Assembly: GCA_950097015.1 (NCBI GenBank)
Contig: CATNEN010000007.1
Coordinates: 7,688,001-7,752,000, forward strand
DNA: 64,000 nt
Direction: 5' to 3'
Source: Macrostomum hystrix
Taxonomy: Eukaryota > Animalia > Platyhelminthes
The position numbers and the translations under genes are program-made. This document shows, one piece after another, positions 12,391-23,134 of the stretch (positions are counted from its first letter, which is position 1; each line of letters opens with the position of its first letter). The notes below the pieces were generated by a model. The model saw only the letters and a list, made by a program, of their open reading frames with translations, had not been told where the DNA came from and ran no database searches.

Positions 12391-15145
12391 TCAAACGCAG
12401 CTCACAGTCTGCAGGCGAACCTGCTGAAAGTGTTGCTGTGTCTCAGGCGGCCGCTGTTGCGTTTCCATAGCAACTGGTTGGGCGGAGGAGACCGATGCAA
12501 TGGCGGAAGCGGCGGCGCGCCAAATCGCGGAAAGCAGCGCACAGGCGGCAGGCAGCAGGCAGGCGGTGGCGAGTGTCAAGGCCAGCATGTAGGCCAGCAG
12601 CACCGGGGCGCATGCGGCTGACGGCATGACGCGGCCAAAGTCGGCCCGGCCATAGACGGCGGGCAGGAGGTGCCGGCCGATGAGTCCGGTGAGCAGGTTG
12701 CCGATGAGGAAGTAGGCCAGGCCGAACCGGTCCACCAGCTGCAAAAACGGCGACGCTTCTGGCGGCGGCGTAGGCGATGGCGAAGGGCCCAGTTGCTGGT
12801 ACGGGTGCATGTGGTTGGACTCTAGGGGATAGGGCCCGGCCAGAGTGTGAAACAGACAGGACACAGCGGCACAGCAGGCCAGGTAGGCGCTACAGAAGCC
12901 AAGGATCCAGGCGGCGTAGGCCAGGTTGGCGAGCCGGCGCGACTCCGGCAGGGCCAGACCGGCCGCGGGCAGGACGCGAATCGAAGCTGCAACGACGGCT
13001 AGGACGGAGCACCAGCCAATGACGCGGCCGAGGTCGGCGGGCCGTCGGCCAGCCAGAGCGGGCAGGACAAGGCGGCCCACCTGCAGGGCCAGCAGGTAGA
13101 GGCCGCAGAGGCCAACGCAGGCAGCCAGGCCCTCCCGGTTGGCCTCGAAAAAGCCGGCGCTGCGTCTTGCGGCCAAAGCGGCCGCAGCTGCAGCCGAGGG
13201 AGCGTCGGCATCGGCGGCCGACTCCGGCCGGATGATGGCCAGTGCCAGGCGGCCGGCGGGACCCAGGACGGCCTCGTAGGCGGCCAGCATGAGGCAGGCG
13301 GGCACAGCCGGTGGCACCCGGCACTGCGGTGGCAGCAGCAGCAGCTCGATGGCAGAGCCGATCAGCTTTACTACGGCCAGGGTGAAGAATACGTTCCAGT
13401 CGCGGCCGTACTCTTCCACCGCCTAGGGAATGATATAGAACAAGATCAGCGATCGATTCGAATCGCGAATTCTCAGTAGGGGAAGCCTACGTAATATTAG
13501 ATTATCAAATTTTAACTTCCCAGATCTCCAAATTTCATTTCGGATTCCTCACAAACCCATTTATCAAACATTTGCTTCACGAATCCGAATCTGAATTCGC
13601 CGTTCGCTATCCCGACACGCAATAGGTATAATAATTGCAGGAGGGCTGCGGGCAATGACACACATCTGGTGACACTAGACCCGCAGCCAGCAATTCCGCC
13701 TATTTCGCTGACTCCTGAGCACACGCGCGCAGATAGATACTGTACGCAGGCACATATCTACACACAGGTCTGTACATCAGCCCCGACTTTCTCATCGTCA
13801 GGCTCTGTACACTTTCTATGTGCCTTGGAGGTTGGCCCCTCAAAGTCGTAAATTGCACGACAAGCCCCGAAGCCTTCTCTCCACGGCTGCGCAACAAATA
13901 AATGTGGCCTTGCACTCCCTCCCCACAAACCTTAATTCTCCAAATACTCAAGTTCGAAATATCTAGTCCTTGAATTTTCAAACCTCGATCCCCACACAAA
14001 AAATCCTAAATATTCGAATATGCCGACTTCCATGCCCCAAACAGCCCAGAAATCCCCAGGCGGCGGGCAGCGCACCTGATCCGGTGCCACGGCCAGGCGC
14101 ACCACTCCGCAGCCGGCCAGCAGCAGGCAGAGCGCGGCTTGAGTCCACAGGGCTTCGAGCCGCTGGTGCCGCTTCAGAGCCCGCGAGCGGCAGGTGGGTG
14201 CCGTCAGGCCCATCAAGAAGACGAAGCAGCCAAGGCCGACGTCCATCAAGCCTGTGCCAAATGTGCGTGTCTTGCCGAAAGGCAGGCGAAAGCAGGGCAG
14301 ATCCCTAGTAAAGGATGTCAGAATGGTAGGAATATGTATTCTTATCTCAGATTCCAGTTTATCTCAGTTTAAGGGGCTTAAACAACATTAGAGATTTTAC
14401 TTTTATTACTGTCAGTAGGTATAATTCTCAGTTCAGATTCCTTGGAAGTTTCACTGATCCCAACTTCAGATCCTGTGGTAGTGTTCCTAATCCCAATTTC
14501 AGATTATAGTTCTTCTTGTTAATGTCGTTTCATCCAAAAAGTACAAAAAATCGAGAAAAGCCAATCGAATTTTTCTACCCATACTACTTCTGGGAGCCAA
14601 GTAGTATGGAGCGCAATTAGTAGCCACCTAGCCAGAATGCAGGCGCAGGTGGGCAGGTAAATTAGGCCACGAAACTCCGTAATGAACCTGGCCCTGCCAG
14701 ACTGCTGGGCGCTGAAGGCCGGCTCGCCAAACTTGGATGGCAGCCACAACAGCCCCTGCGGCCGCCGCTGCTGCCACTGCTGGCGTCTGAGGAGCAGGCA
14801 GGCGAAGGCGGCCGTGTTGGTTGCTATGGCAACGATAGCTGAAGCAGCCAACGGTACCGCGTAGCTGGTTGCCGGCGAGGTGATGATGCACAGACAGAAG
14901 GCACTCGTGACGAGGCCGTGGTCAAACAGAAGGCGGCCCAGCCGGCCCAGGCGGTTGTAGAGGCCGGGGCCAAGGCATAGCAGGGCGTTGCGGCTGCTCA
15001 GGCCCAGCATGAGGGGCAGCACGGCGATGAAGACCTCCCAGATGGCGCAGCGCACTGGCTCAGTGTGGTGCTCGAAGCCGGGCACCAGCGGCCGGTAGGG
15101 CGCGAACTCGCCCGCCACCGGAGCGTCTTGGACGTCGGCGGCTGC
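12391..15145 (-). CDS. PIGW: Phosphatidylinositol-glycan biosynthesis class W protein (GlcN-PI acyltransferase, GWT1 family), ~592 aa; start codon not found in the genomic sequence
   Basis: Exons 15145-14628, 14304-14076, 13422-12391, with matching phases. Motifs: FITEFRG....TC.CILA-RDL..F...FGKT.TFGTGLMDVGLGCFVF (cf. VDF..FPRRFAKTE..G..LMD.GVG), EYG.DWNVFFTL, F.ANREG, SRRLANLAY, and a hydrophobic L.GNLLTGL segment. Confidence 0.88.
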
Positions 15146-15194
15146 CTGGGCAAGATTTAAGAAGCGATTGGCCAGTATTTTGAACAAACAGCCC

Positions 15195-15450
15195 GCTTAG
15201 CCGCTTACCCACCTAACCAATCAGGGAATCCTCAGGCTGATACCCGCTTAGCCAATCAGGGAATCCTCAGGCTGATACCCGCTTAGCCAATCAGGGAATT
15301 CTCAGGCTGATACCCGCTTAGCCAATCAGGGAATCCTCAGGCTGATACCCGCTTAGCAAATCAGGGAATCCTCAGGCTGATACCCGCTTAGCAAATCAGG
15401 GAATCCTCAGGCTGATACCCGCTTAGCCAATCAGGGAATCCTTACGCTAG
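15195..15450. repeat. Minisatellite, 35-bp unit GCCAATCAGGGAATCCTCAGGCTGATACCCGCTTA, ~7 copies
   Basis: Visible tandem array just upstream of the first PIGW acceptor. Confidence 0.95.
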
Positions 15451-16458
15451 TTCCCAGTTAACAAGTTAGGGGAATCTTCAGGCTAATACTCACCTAGCTA
15501 ATCACTAAAATTGGCTAAGAGGTTGGTGTTAATAACCACTGGACTGAACAGTTTATCTAAAGGGATTCAATTACGAAAAAGAAGAAAGCAAAACTTAGCA
15601 ATTTAACAAGTGTTACAATGGTATGAAACCTATTCAATTTAAATAAGTAGAACAATTGTTTATTTCACTTTTAAGATGAGAAAGTAAAACACTTTTTAAC
15701 GAAACTAACCACTATGCCACCAACAAATAAGCTATAACAGAAGCCTAAAATAGCAAGGTGATAAATATTAAAGCAGTCCAAATAAATAAAGTAAATCAGA
15801 ACATGGCAAACCTAAATAGTAAGAAAACAACTAAACTGGCACGCAGAAGGCGCTGATTAGGAGACAGGCGAAAGGATTAGGAAAGGATTCTAACAAGAAT
15901 TAAAAATTTCAATAAATAGATTTTTCATTGTCTCCTAAAAATTTGGAAGATTTATTTAGTTTTTTTTTATGTGGACTTAACCGACCGGGTGAAGCAGCAA
16001 GCACCAGCACAGGGCGGTGAATGGCTACAAAGACTCAGTAAATTGTGTTCAGCAAATCACTGCAGTGTTTCAAAAATTGCTACTTTAAATATAAATGTTG
16101 TGTGATCCGGCTAAAGTAGCGTAAGATTGTTTAAATTTTCTGGTAAAAATGAAAGCTACAAAACCTTTTAATGAAACGGTAATAGAAAATGTCTAAACAA
16201 ACTTGCCACCAGAAAGTAAAAATTATGTCGAATGATTTTTTATCGTTCAACAAAAAAACTCGTTTGACGTAATCGAGGAAAAGCGCTAACCGATGCGGGC
16301 CTAAGCAGTGTGAATTTTGCTTCCTTATTTCATAACAGACTGATTACTGGACAGCAGATCAGAAAACCCTGTCTGTTTCTCCTCACAGCCAATCAGGAAA
16401 CGATTTTTCTTCGGCAGCCAATCAGAAAACACCCAATTTGATTTCATAGCGAATCAAA

Positions 16459-19400
16459 TCAGTAGGAGAAGAGCATGTCCTGTTTGAACCCGAGCTTCTC
16501 CAGGCTGGGCATGCAGGCAAAGTTGATCATAGGCGGCGGGCCGCACATGAGCACCAGAGTGTCATCGCCTGGCGGAAACAGGTGCTCGCTTATCATGTCA
16601 GAATTCACAAAGCCTGAGCTGTAGCGCCACTCCTCTGGTGGCCGGTCCAGCGTGTACCAGAGCTTGAAGCGTCCCGGGTTCGAGTCGCGCATCTGCTCCA
16701 GCTCGTCCCGCAGCAGGATGTCCTGCTCGGTCTGGTTGGCGAATAGCAGAGCCAGCTGGGTCGAGTCCGTGTCGGCGTGGCCCAGAACCCGCTGGATCAG
16801 CTGGTACATCGGCGTGATACCCGTGCCACCGGCGATCATGGCGACACGGCGGACCCGCTTAGCAACCGGCGGCAGCTTCTTGTCCGGCCGGATCTGGAAT
16901 AGGCCGCTGCCTTCGTACACCAGACGGCCGGAGGGGCCGCGAACATCGACGCAGTCGCCTTCCTTCAGCGACTCGAGGTACTGCGACATCTTGCCACCGT
17001 CTGGGAATTTCGGATGCACGTTCTGGAGAGAAAGTCATACAAACAGGGTGTTATGAAATTGCTTCAGACTCATGACTTGAAAGCCGGGGGTTCGATTCCC
17101 GACTCCACTGGAACAATTTGTGTCCATTAGCAAGACAATTAACTCTGCATTGCTTCAGTTCACCCAGCTGTTAAATGGGTCACAGCATCAGCTGGGGTAA
17201 TTGAGGGTGGGTGTGGCGTCCCCGCAGTCCATGGACTGAACAGCCCTACTTAACCTTCAAATGCTCCGCGCAATAGCTGCGGCTGTGCTGTCGTCTGCAC
17301 ATCTGACCCGATTGGATCAGGTGTAATCACTTAAATTATTATTATGCCATTTCTGCTATCCAAAGGCTGTGTACACTAGAGATCACTAGAGAAATTTGTG
17401 TCTTTAAGCTTTCCTTGGGCTGAGAATCGAACTTCTGACCTCTAAGTTAGAAGCGCGACAGTCTAACAACTGGGCCACTGGACATGATTCCTGGGAGCTT
17501 TTCCCTTCGATATGAACACAAAAAATACAGCATTGGTTCCTCGAAATTTGCGGTTCAATTGTCTGCTTGTCGCGTTTGGAGTGATAAAAAATGTTCCATT
17601 CTCACCTTGAAATACACTTTAATGACCAGGTCGAAGTGGCCCCTCTGCTCGTCCGAGGTTGTGGGCGTGTAGGGCCGCACCACCGGGTCGCCATTGATGC
17701 GCGCATGCAGGTAGATGTGCTGACCAACTGGCAGGCCCAGCACGTGGTCCCTGCTTGGCAGGGCGAATCTGAATCGCCGAGTGTCGTGGCTGATGATCTC
17801 CTTGTCCACTAGGCGTAGTGGGTATTTCACATTGGGATCCTGCAGAGTCACCAGGTGCTTGGGCTTGCGCGAGCCCCAGAACAGTTTGTAGACTGCCACG
17901 GAGAGAAGGATGATGGCTCCACCACCTCCAATGATAAGCACCTGCCACAGGTGGCAGCAGTTTTTATTATTATCAACTGGATTGACAAACTAGAGTCCCA
18001 ATACTAGGATATTGAATGCAATCATCAATTGCTGACATCCTACAGTGTACTTTCTATCTACTGATAATCTAGGAGCTTTAGCAATAGCACTAGCAAGTTT
18101 TGCCCCCCTTCGGGGAGCAGAAATACTTTTAATTCGTCTAGTATATACTTTTTAGCAGCTGAATTTACAGCTTTTTAAAGCTACAATGAACCCCCAGTTG
18201 ACAATGATCCCCCAGTTGACAATGATCCCCCAGTTGACAATGAACCCCCAGTTGACATCGATCCCCCAGTTGACAATGATCCCCCAGTTGACAATGATCC
18301 CCCAGTTGATGATGATCCCCCAGTTGAAAATGATCCCCCAGTTGCCAATGATCCCCCAGTTGAGAATGATCCCCCAGTTGACAATGATCCCAAAGTTAAC
18401 AAAGATCCCCCAGTTCACAATGATCCCCCAGTTGATGAAGTCTCCCCATTGATGATGATCCCCAGTTAACAATGTTCCTCCAGTTGACAATGTTCCCCCA
18501 GTTGACAATGATCCCCCAGTTGATGATGATCACCCAGTTGACAATGATCCCCCCAGTTGACAATGATCCCCCAGATGACAATGATCCCCCAGTTGACAAT
18601 GATCCCCCAGTTGACAATGATCCCCCAGTTGATGATGATCCCCCAGTTGAAAATGATCCCCCAGTTGACAATGATCCCCCAGTTGAGAATGATCCCCCAG
18701 TTGACAATGATCCCCCAGTTAACAAAGATCCCCCAGTTCACAATGATCCCCCAGTTGATGAAGTCTCCCCATTGATGATGATCCCCAGTTAACAATGTTC
18801 CTCCAGTTGACAATGTTCCCCCAGTTGACAATGATCCCCCGGTTGATGATGATCACCCAGTTGACAATGATCCCCCAGTTGACAATGATCCCCCAGTTGA
18901 CAATGATCCCGCCGGTTGGCCATGATCCCCCAGTTGACAATGATCCCGCAGTTGACGATGATCCCCCAGTTGACAATGATCACTCAGTTGACAATGATCC
19001 CCCAGTTGACAATGATCCCCCAGTTGACAATGATCCCCCACTTGACAATGATCACCCAGTTGACAATGATCCCCCAGTTGATGATGATCCCCAGTTGATG
19101 ATGATTCCCCAATTGACAATTATCCCCTAGTTGACCATTACCCCCCAGTTGACAATGATCCCCCAGTTCACAATGATCCCCCAGTTGACAATGATCCCCC
19201 AGTTGACAATGATCCCACAGTTGACAATGATCCCCCAGTTGACAAAGATCCCCCAGTTCACAATGATCCCCCAGTTGATGATGATCCCCCAGTTGATGAT
19301 GATCCCCAGTTGATGATGATCACCCAGTTGACAATGATCCCCAAGTTGACCATGATCCCCCATTTGATGATGAATCCCCAGTTGACAATTATCCCCCAGT

Positions 19401-21724
19401 TGAACATTACCCCCTAGTTGACAATGATCCCCCAATTCACAACGATCCCCCAGTTGACAATGATCCCCCAGTTGACAATTATCCCCCAGTTTACCAAGAT
19501 CCTCCAGTTGACGATTATCCCCCAGTTTACCTTGATCCCCATTTTGATGATGACTCCCCGTTTGACGTTGATTTTTCAAACGCTGGGTTAGCCAAGATTC
19601 AAACTCAGGTTTCGCCATGTTTTAAACCCTGGTGGGCTATGATTCAAACTCTCGTTTTACCATGATTCAAACTCTAATTTAGCCATGATTCAAACTCTGT
19701 TTTAGCCATGATTTAAACTCTGGTGTAGCCATGATTCAAACTCTGGTTTCGCCTTGATTCAAATTTAGCCATGATTCAGACTCTAGGTTAGCCATGATTC
19801 AAACGCTGGTTTAGCCATGATTCAAACTCTGGTTAAGCCATGATTCAGACTCTGGTTTAGCCATGATTCAAAATCTGGTTTAGTCATGATTAAAACTCTG
19901 ATTTTGCCAGGATTCAAACGCTGGTTTAGCCATGATTCAAACGCTGGTTTAGCCATGATTCAAACGCTGGTTTTGCCATGATTCAAACTCTGGTTTAGCT
20001 ATGATTCAAGCTCTGGTTTAGCCATGATTCAAGCTCTGGTTTAGCCATGATTCAAACTCTGGTTAGCTATGATTCAAACTCTTGTTTTGCCATGATTCAA
20101 ACTCTGGTTTAGCCATGATTCAGACTCTGGTTTTGCCATGATTCAGACTCTGGTTTAGCCATGATTCAGACTCTGGTTTAGCCATGATTCAAACTCTGGT
20201 TTAGCCATGATTCAGACTATGGTTTAGCCATGATTCAGACTCTGGTTTAGCCATGATTCAGACTCTGGTTTAGCCATGATTCAAACTCTGGTTTAGCCAT
20301 GATTCAGACTATGGTTTAGCCATGATTCAGACTATGGTTTAGCCATGATTCAAACTCAGGTTTTCTATGACAAACTCAGGTTTGCTATGATTTATGATAT
20401 TTTATTTACGAAATGAAAAAATAAATTAAAATAATCTTCAATCACTACTGGCTGAAAATTAGTCTAAATGATTTGACGCAGTGCAGAATCGAACCCTAGC
20501 CTAGCCTAACCTATTCCTGGTGCCTACACATCGGCTATTCCGACTGTTGGTTAGTGGGTGCAAAAATCTGCCTTATAAAATGAATTCTCAAAGTTCTGGC
20601 TTTGTACAATGAAGTAAGAAAATAGAGTACACTTAGTCTCGCGGTTGGTTGTGTACATTTATTTCCAATTTGTCTCCAGAGTGCAGGCTTCAAATTCAAT
20701 CAGCTAGGGGTTGTTGCGCAATTTTACGATGCAATTCTAATTCAGCGGCAGTGAGTAAAATTCTCAATAGGTCAAGATGGTTTGACCTTTGAAAAATCAT
20801 GTTTTTCGAATATTTAATCCCTTTAGCAATAAAGTTAAGCTTAATAAAAATACGTGTATAATTGTCCCCATATTTGGCATCTTTTGGTGAAGAAATGGTG
20901 AAAATCGGTTGAGCCGTTCGGGAGAAAATCAATTACAACCAACCAACCATTTCATTTTTAGTATAGTGGATGCTTAGAATTTAGCTACTGTAATTTCACT
21001 GTACTGTACAAATTGCTATACTTTGGACAAGGTGTAGAGCAAGCTAATATAGCTCTAATATGTAATTGCTATGCAAGTCTTTGTAATGTTTTCAAGTTTA
21101 AGCTAATTAAGAAAAGTGGAATTATCACTTTACTATTTTTCTTTTTTTTATTGCTAAATAATTTTTTGTTTGGTTAATTGTTTCTCTCTGTTTAGATTAT
21201 TTTAAAAGTTTTACCTCTTACAGTGATATAGCTGGATAGTAAAGTAGTCATAACTTTTAATGTATATATTAAATAACAAATCAATGGCAATAGGCAAAGG
21301 TGGAAGCCAATTTAAATTGGTTAATGAAAAATCTCTGACCAATAATATCCATTTATTTGGAATATTAGCAAGTTATTTTTAATTTTTTGCTTACCCACAA
21401 GGAACTCTGGAAATATAGCAATATAAAGTTTGTCACATCATTTCTAGTACAATGTATTGCTTTTGGAATAATGTCTCCTAAAGAACACTTAAACAAGTTG
21501 TTAATTTTAATTTTAATTTTTATATTAGGTAAATTCAAGTTATATAACAAGTTTTAAACAAAATTTTAAAACTTTTGCTGGCTATCAATTGCGTATTTAC
21601 ACTGTTAACCAGCATATATCTGTAAGCATGTAGGTAGCATAGTGATTGGCCTTCATTTATCTTCTATGAGCTTAAGCCAATTTTTTTTATGAACAATAAA
21701 ACTACTTACCGTTGTGTTTACCAT
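16459..21724 (-). CDS. CYB5R3: NADH-cytochrome b5 reductase (membrane-anchored, CYB5R1/2/3-like), 304 aa, 3 exons
   Basis: Exons 21724-21710 (ATG GTA AAC ACA ACG|gtaagt), 17941-17606 and 17022-16459. N-terminal hydrophobic anchor; motifs [53 protein letters not shown] and MCGPPPM. Confidence 0.93.
17066..17318 (+). mobile_element. tRNA-derived SINE (CORE-like) copy in CYB5R intron 2
   Basis: B-box GGTTCGATTCC; MIR/CORE-like GTGTCCATTAGCAAGACAATTAACTCTGCATTGCTTCAGTTCACCCAGCTGTTAAATGGG; CAGTCCATGGACTG palindrome; tail shared with the copies at 8648 and 40303. Confidence 0.75.
17420..17482 (-). mobile_element. tRNA-like SINE head fragment
   Basis: Minus strand TGGCCCAGTTGTTAGACTG...GAAGTTCGATTCTC carries A- and B-box-like motifs but no complete acceptor stem. 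Confidence 0.45.
18090..18120 (-). mobile_element. Helitron-like 3' terminus (GC hairpin followed by CTAG|T)
   Basis: Minus strand: GCTCCCC-GAA-GGGGGGC hairpin, 8 nt, CTAG, then T. This is the canonical Helitron 3'-end layout. Confidence 0.5.
18182..19565. repeat. Intronic minisatellite, 18-bp unit ATGATCCCCCAGTTGACA, with a ~323-bp higher-order duplication
   Basis: Visible tandem units. The diagnostic variant block (GAAGTCTCCCCATTGATG...AACAATGTTCCTCC) recurs 323 bp apart. Confidence 0.95.
19585..20392. repeat. Intronic minisatellite, 23-bp unit GCCATGATTCAAACTCTGGTTTA
   Basis: Visible tandem array directly abutting the 18-bp array. Confidence 0.95.
20704..20970 (-). mobile_element. Degenerate non-autonomous Helitron/DINE-like element
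   Basis: Minus strand starts A|TCCACTATACTAAAAATG, then a (GGTT)n microsatellite and CGAACGGCTCAACCGATTTTCACC, and ends GCGCAACAACCCCTAG. This resembles the layout of small non-autonomous Helitrons; the 3' hairpin is poor. Confidence 0.4.
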
Positions 21725-23134
21725 TTTGACGAATTACTTTAATTCAAAATGAAAATTCAATAATATTAGCTTTTTAGGTACAATGATACGTCCTAGGAAA
21801 AGTCAGTTTTCTTATGAAACTCCTGAACCGAAAAAAGTTAAATAAAAAATAACAATATAAACAAAAGTTATTAAGCTTCTATTTTCAGCAATGCAACAAA
21901 CCTAATGATTCGCATACCTAGAGGCTTTGTCAACACAAAAAGCAAAAAAAAATAATTAGTGACTTTTCGCAAAAAAAGCTGACTAAATTAAACCATTTTT
22001 AAACCAATTAAAAAAGGCGAGTACGGTCAAGCATTCGATCAGGTCATTATCAAGGACCACTAGAAGATGCTTTTCGATCTAGTGGTCCTTGATCATTATT
22101 TGCACAAAAATAGCCTTGTGACTATCAATTTAATAGTACATTTTTAACTAGTTTTTTTTCATTTAAGAACATTTCGACGAGCACTGTGCACATTTTAGTT
22201 CTAATAAGTAGCAAGCTACCAAATCGCTTTCCATCGATATGCATCAGAACTTCATATACAACAGAAGTTGTCATCCTATCGTCACAGCCACATCAAGGAC
22301 CACTAGAGTAGACTACTCCTAGTTGTCACATACATAGAATACTATTGATTTTGTTCTACTAAATGTTAAATTTATAAAACGTTATAAATTTGGGGTTCAG
22401 ACTTCGTCAACATCAGGTTATATAATATTATATTTTCTTTTATAGTGCTGTCTTAGAGGCACAAAATCATGCATTTTCAATAAAAAAAGAGGATATACTT
22501 GTGCAAGACACAGACGCTTCGACGCTTTAGCCAGCTGTTCATGATAAAAATGTACATGATATATTCGTATAGTTACCAAGTCAATTTTATAGTGTTAGAT
22601 GGACGTGATTTAATTTACCACGGTATATTATTTATCTTTTTTTTAATTTCAGTCACTGAAACATAATTTAAGTGTCGACACGCCTGATCTCTTACATGCT
22701 TATTGGCAATAAGCAAAATTATTTTATTCGTAAATGTCCCTACCAGTTTCCTTTGAGAATAGTCACTATAAACACTATATAATTGAACCATTAATAAGAT
22801 AAGGGATGTCGGGCGATTCAAGGCTTCCTCGCGACATCCAGAATCAAGAGTTTTGAAAAGAACATGCTTTAGCCTAACAAATCAAGAAATGCAAGGTGAT
22901 AATACAGGATAAATGGTAGAAGCAAGCGTGCCTCTAAAAACAATAGATTCAACTCGAACGAAGTCCAGTTAGCATGAGCATTGAGTACGAATTTGAACTA
23001 TAATCTAGTGAAATATATTAAAAAGTATGCTAAAATTTCTTGTCCCATCACAACATTCTTGATTAATGGTAGGAGTGAAGTAGCTGATGAAGGTACCTGC
23101 TGTGGCATTAGCTGTTAAGCGGAAGATCGATCAG

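Noticed and set aside
18152-19618. Hexapeptide-repeat-like ORFs (NWGIIV / QLGDHC), resembling left-handed beta-helix proteins
   Set aside because: This is an 18-bp intronic minisatellite with frequent 1-bp indels that switch frame. There is no coherent single ORF.
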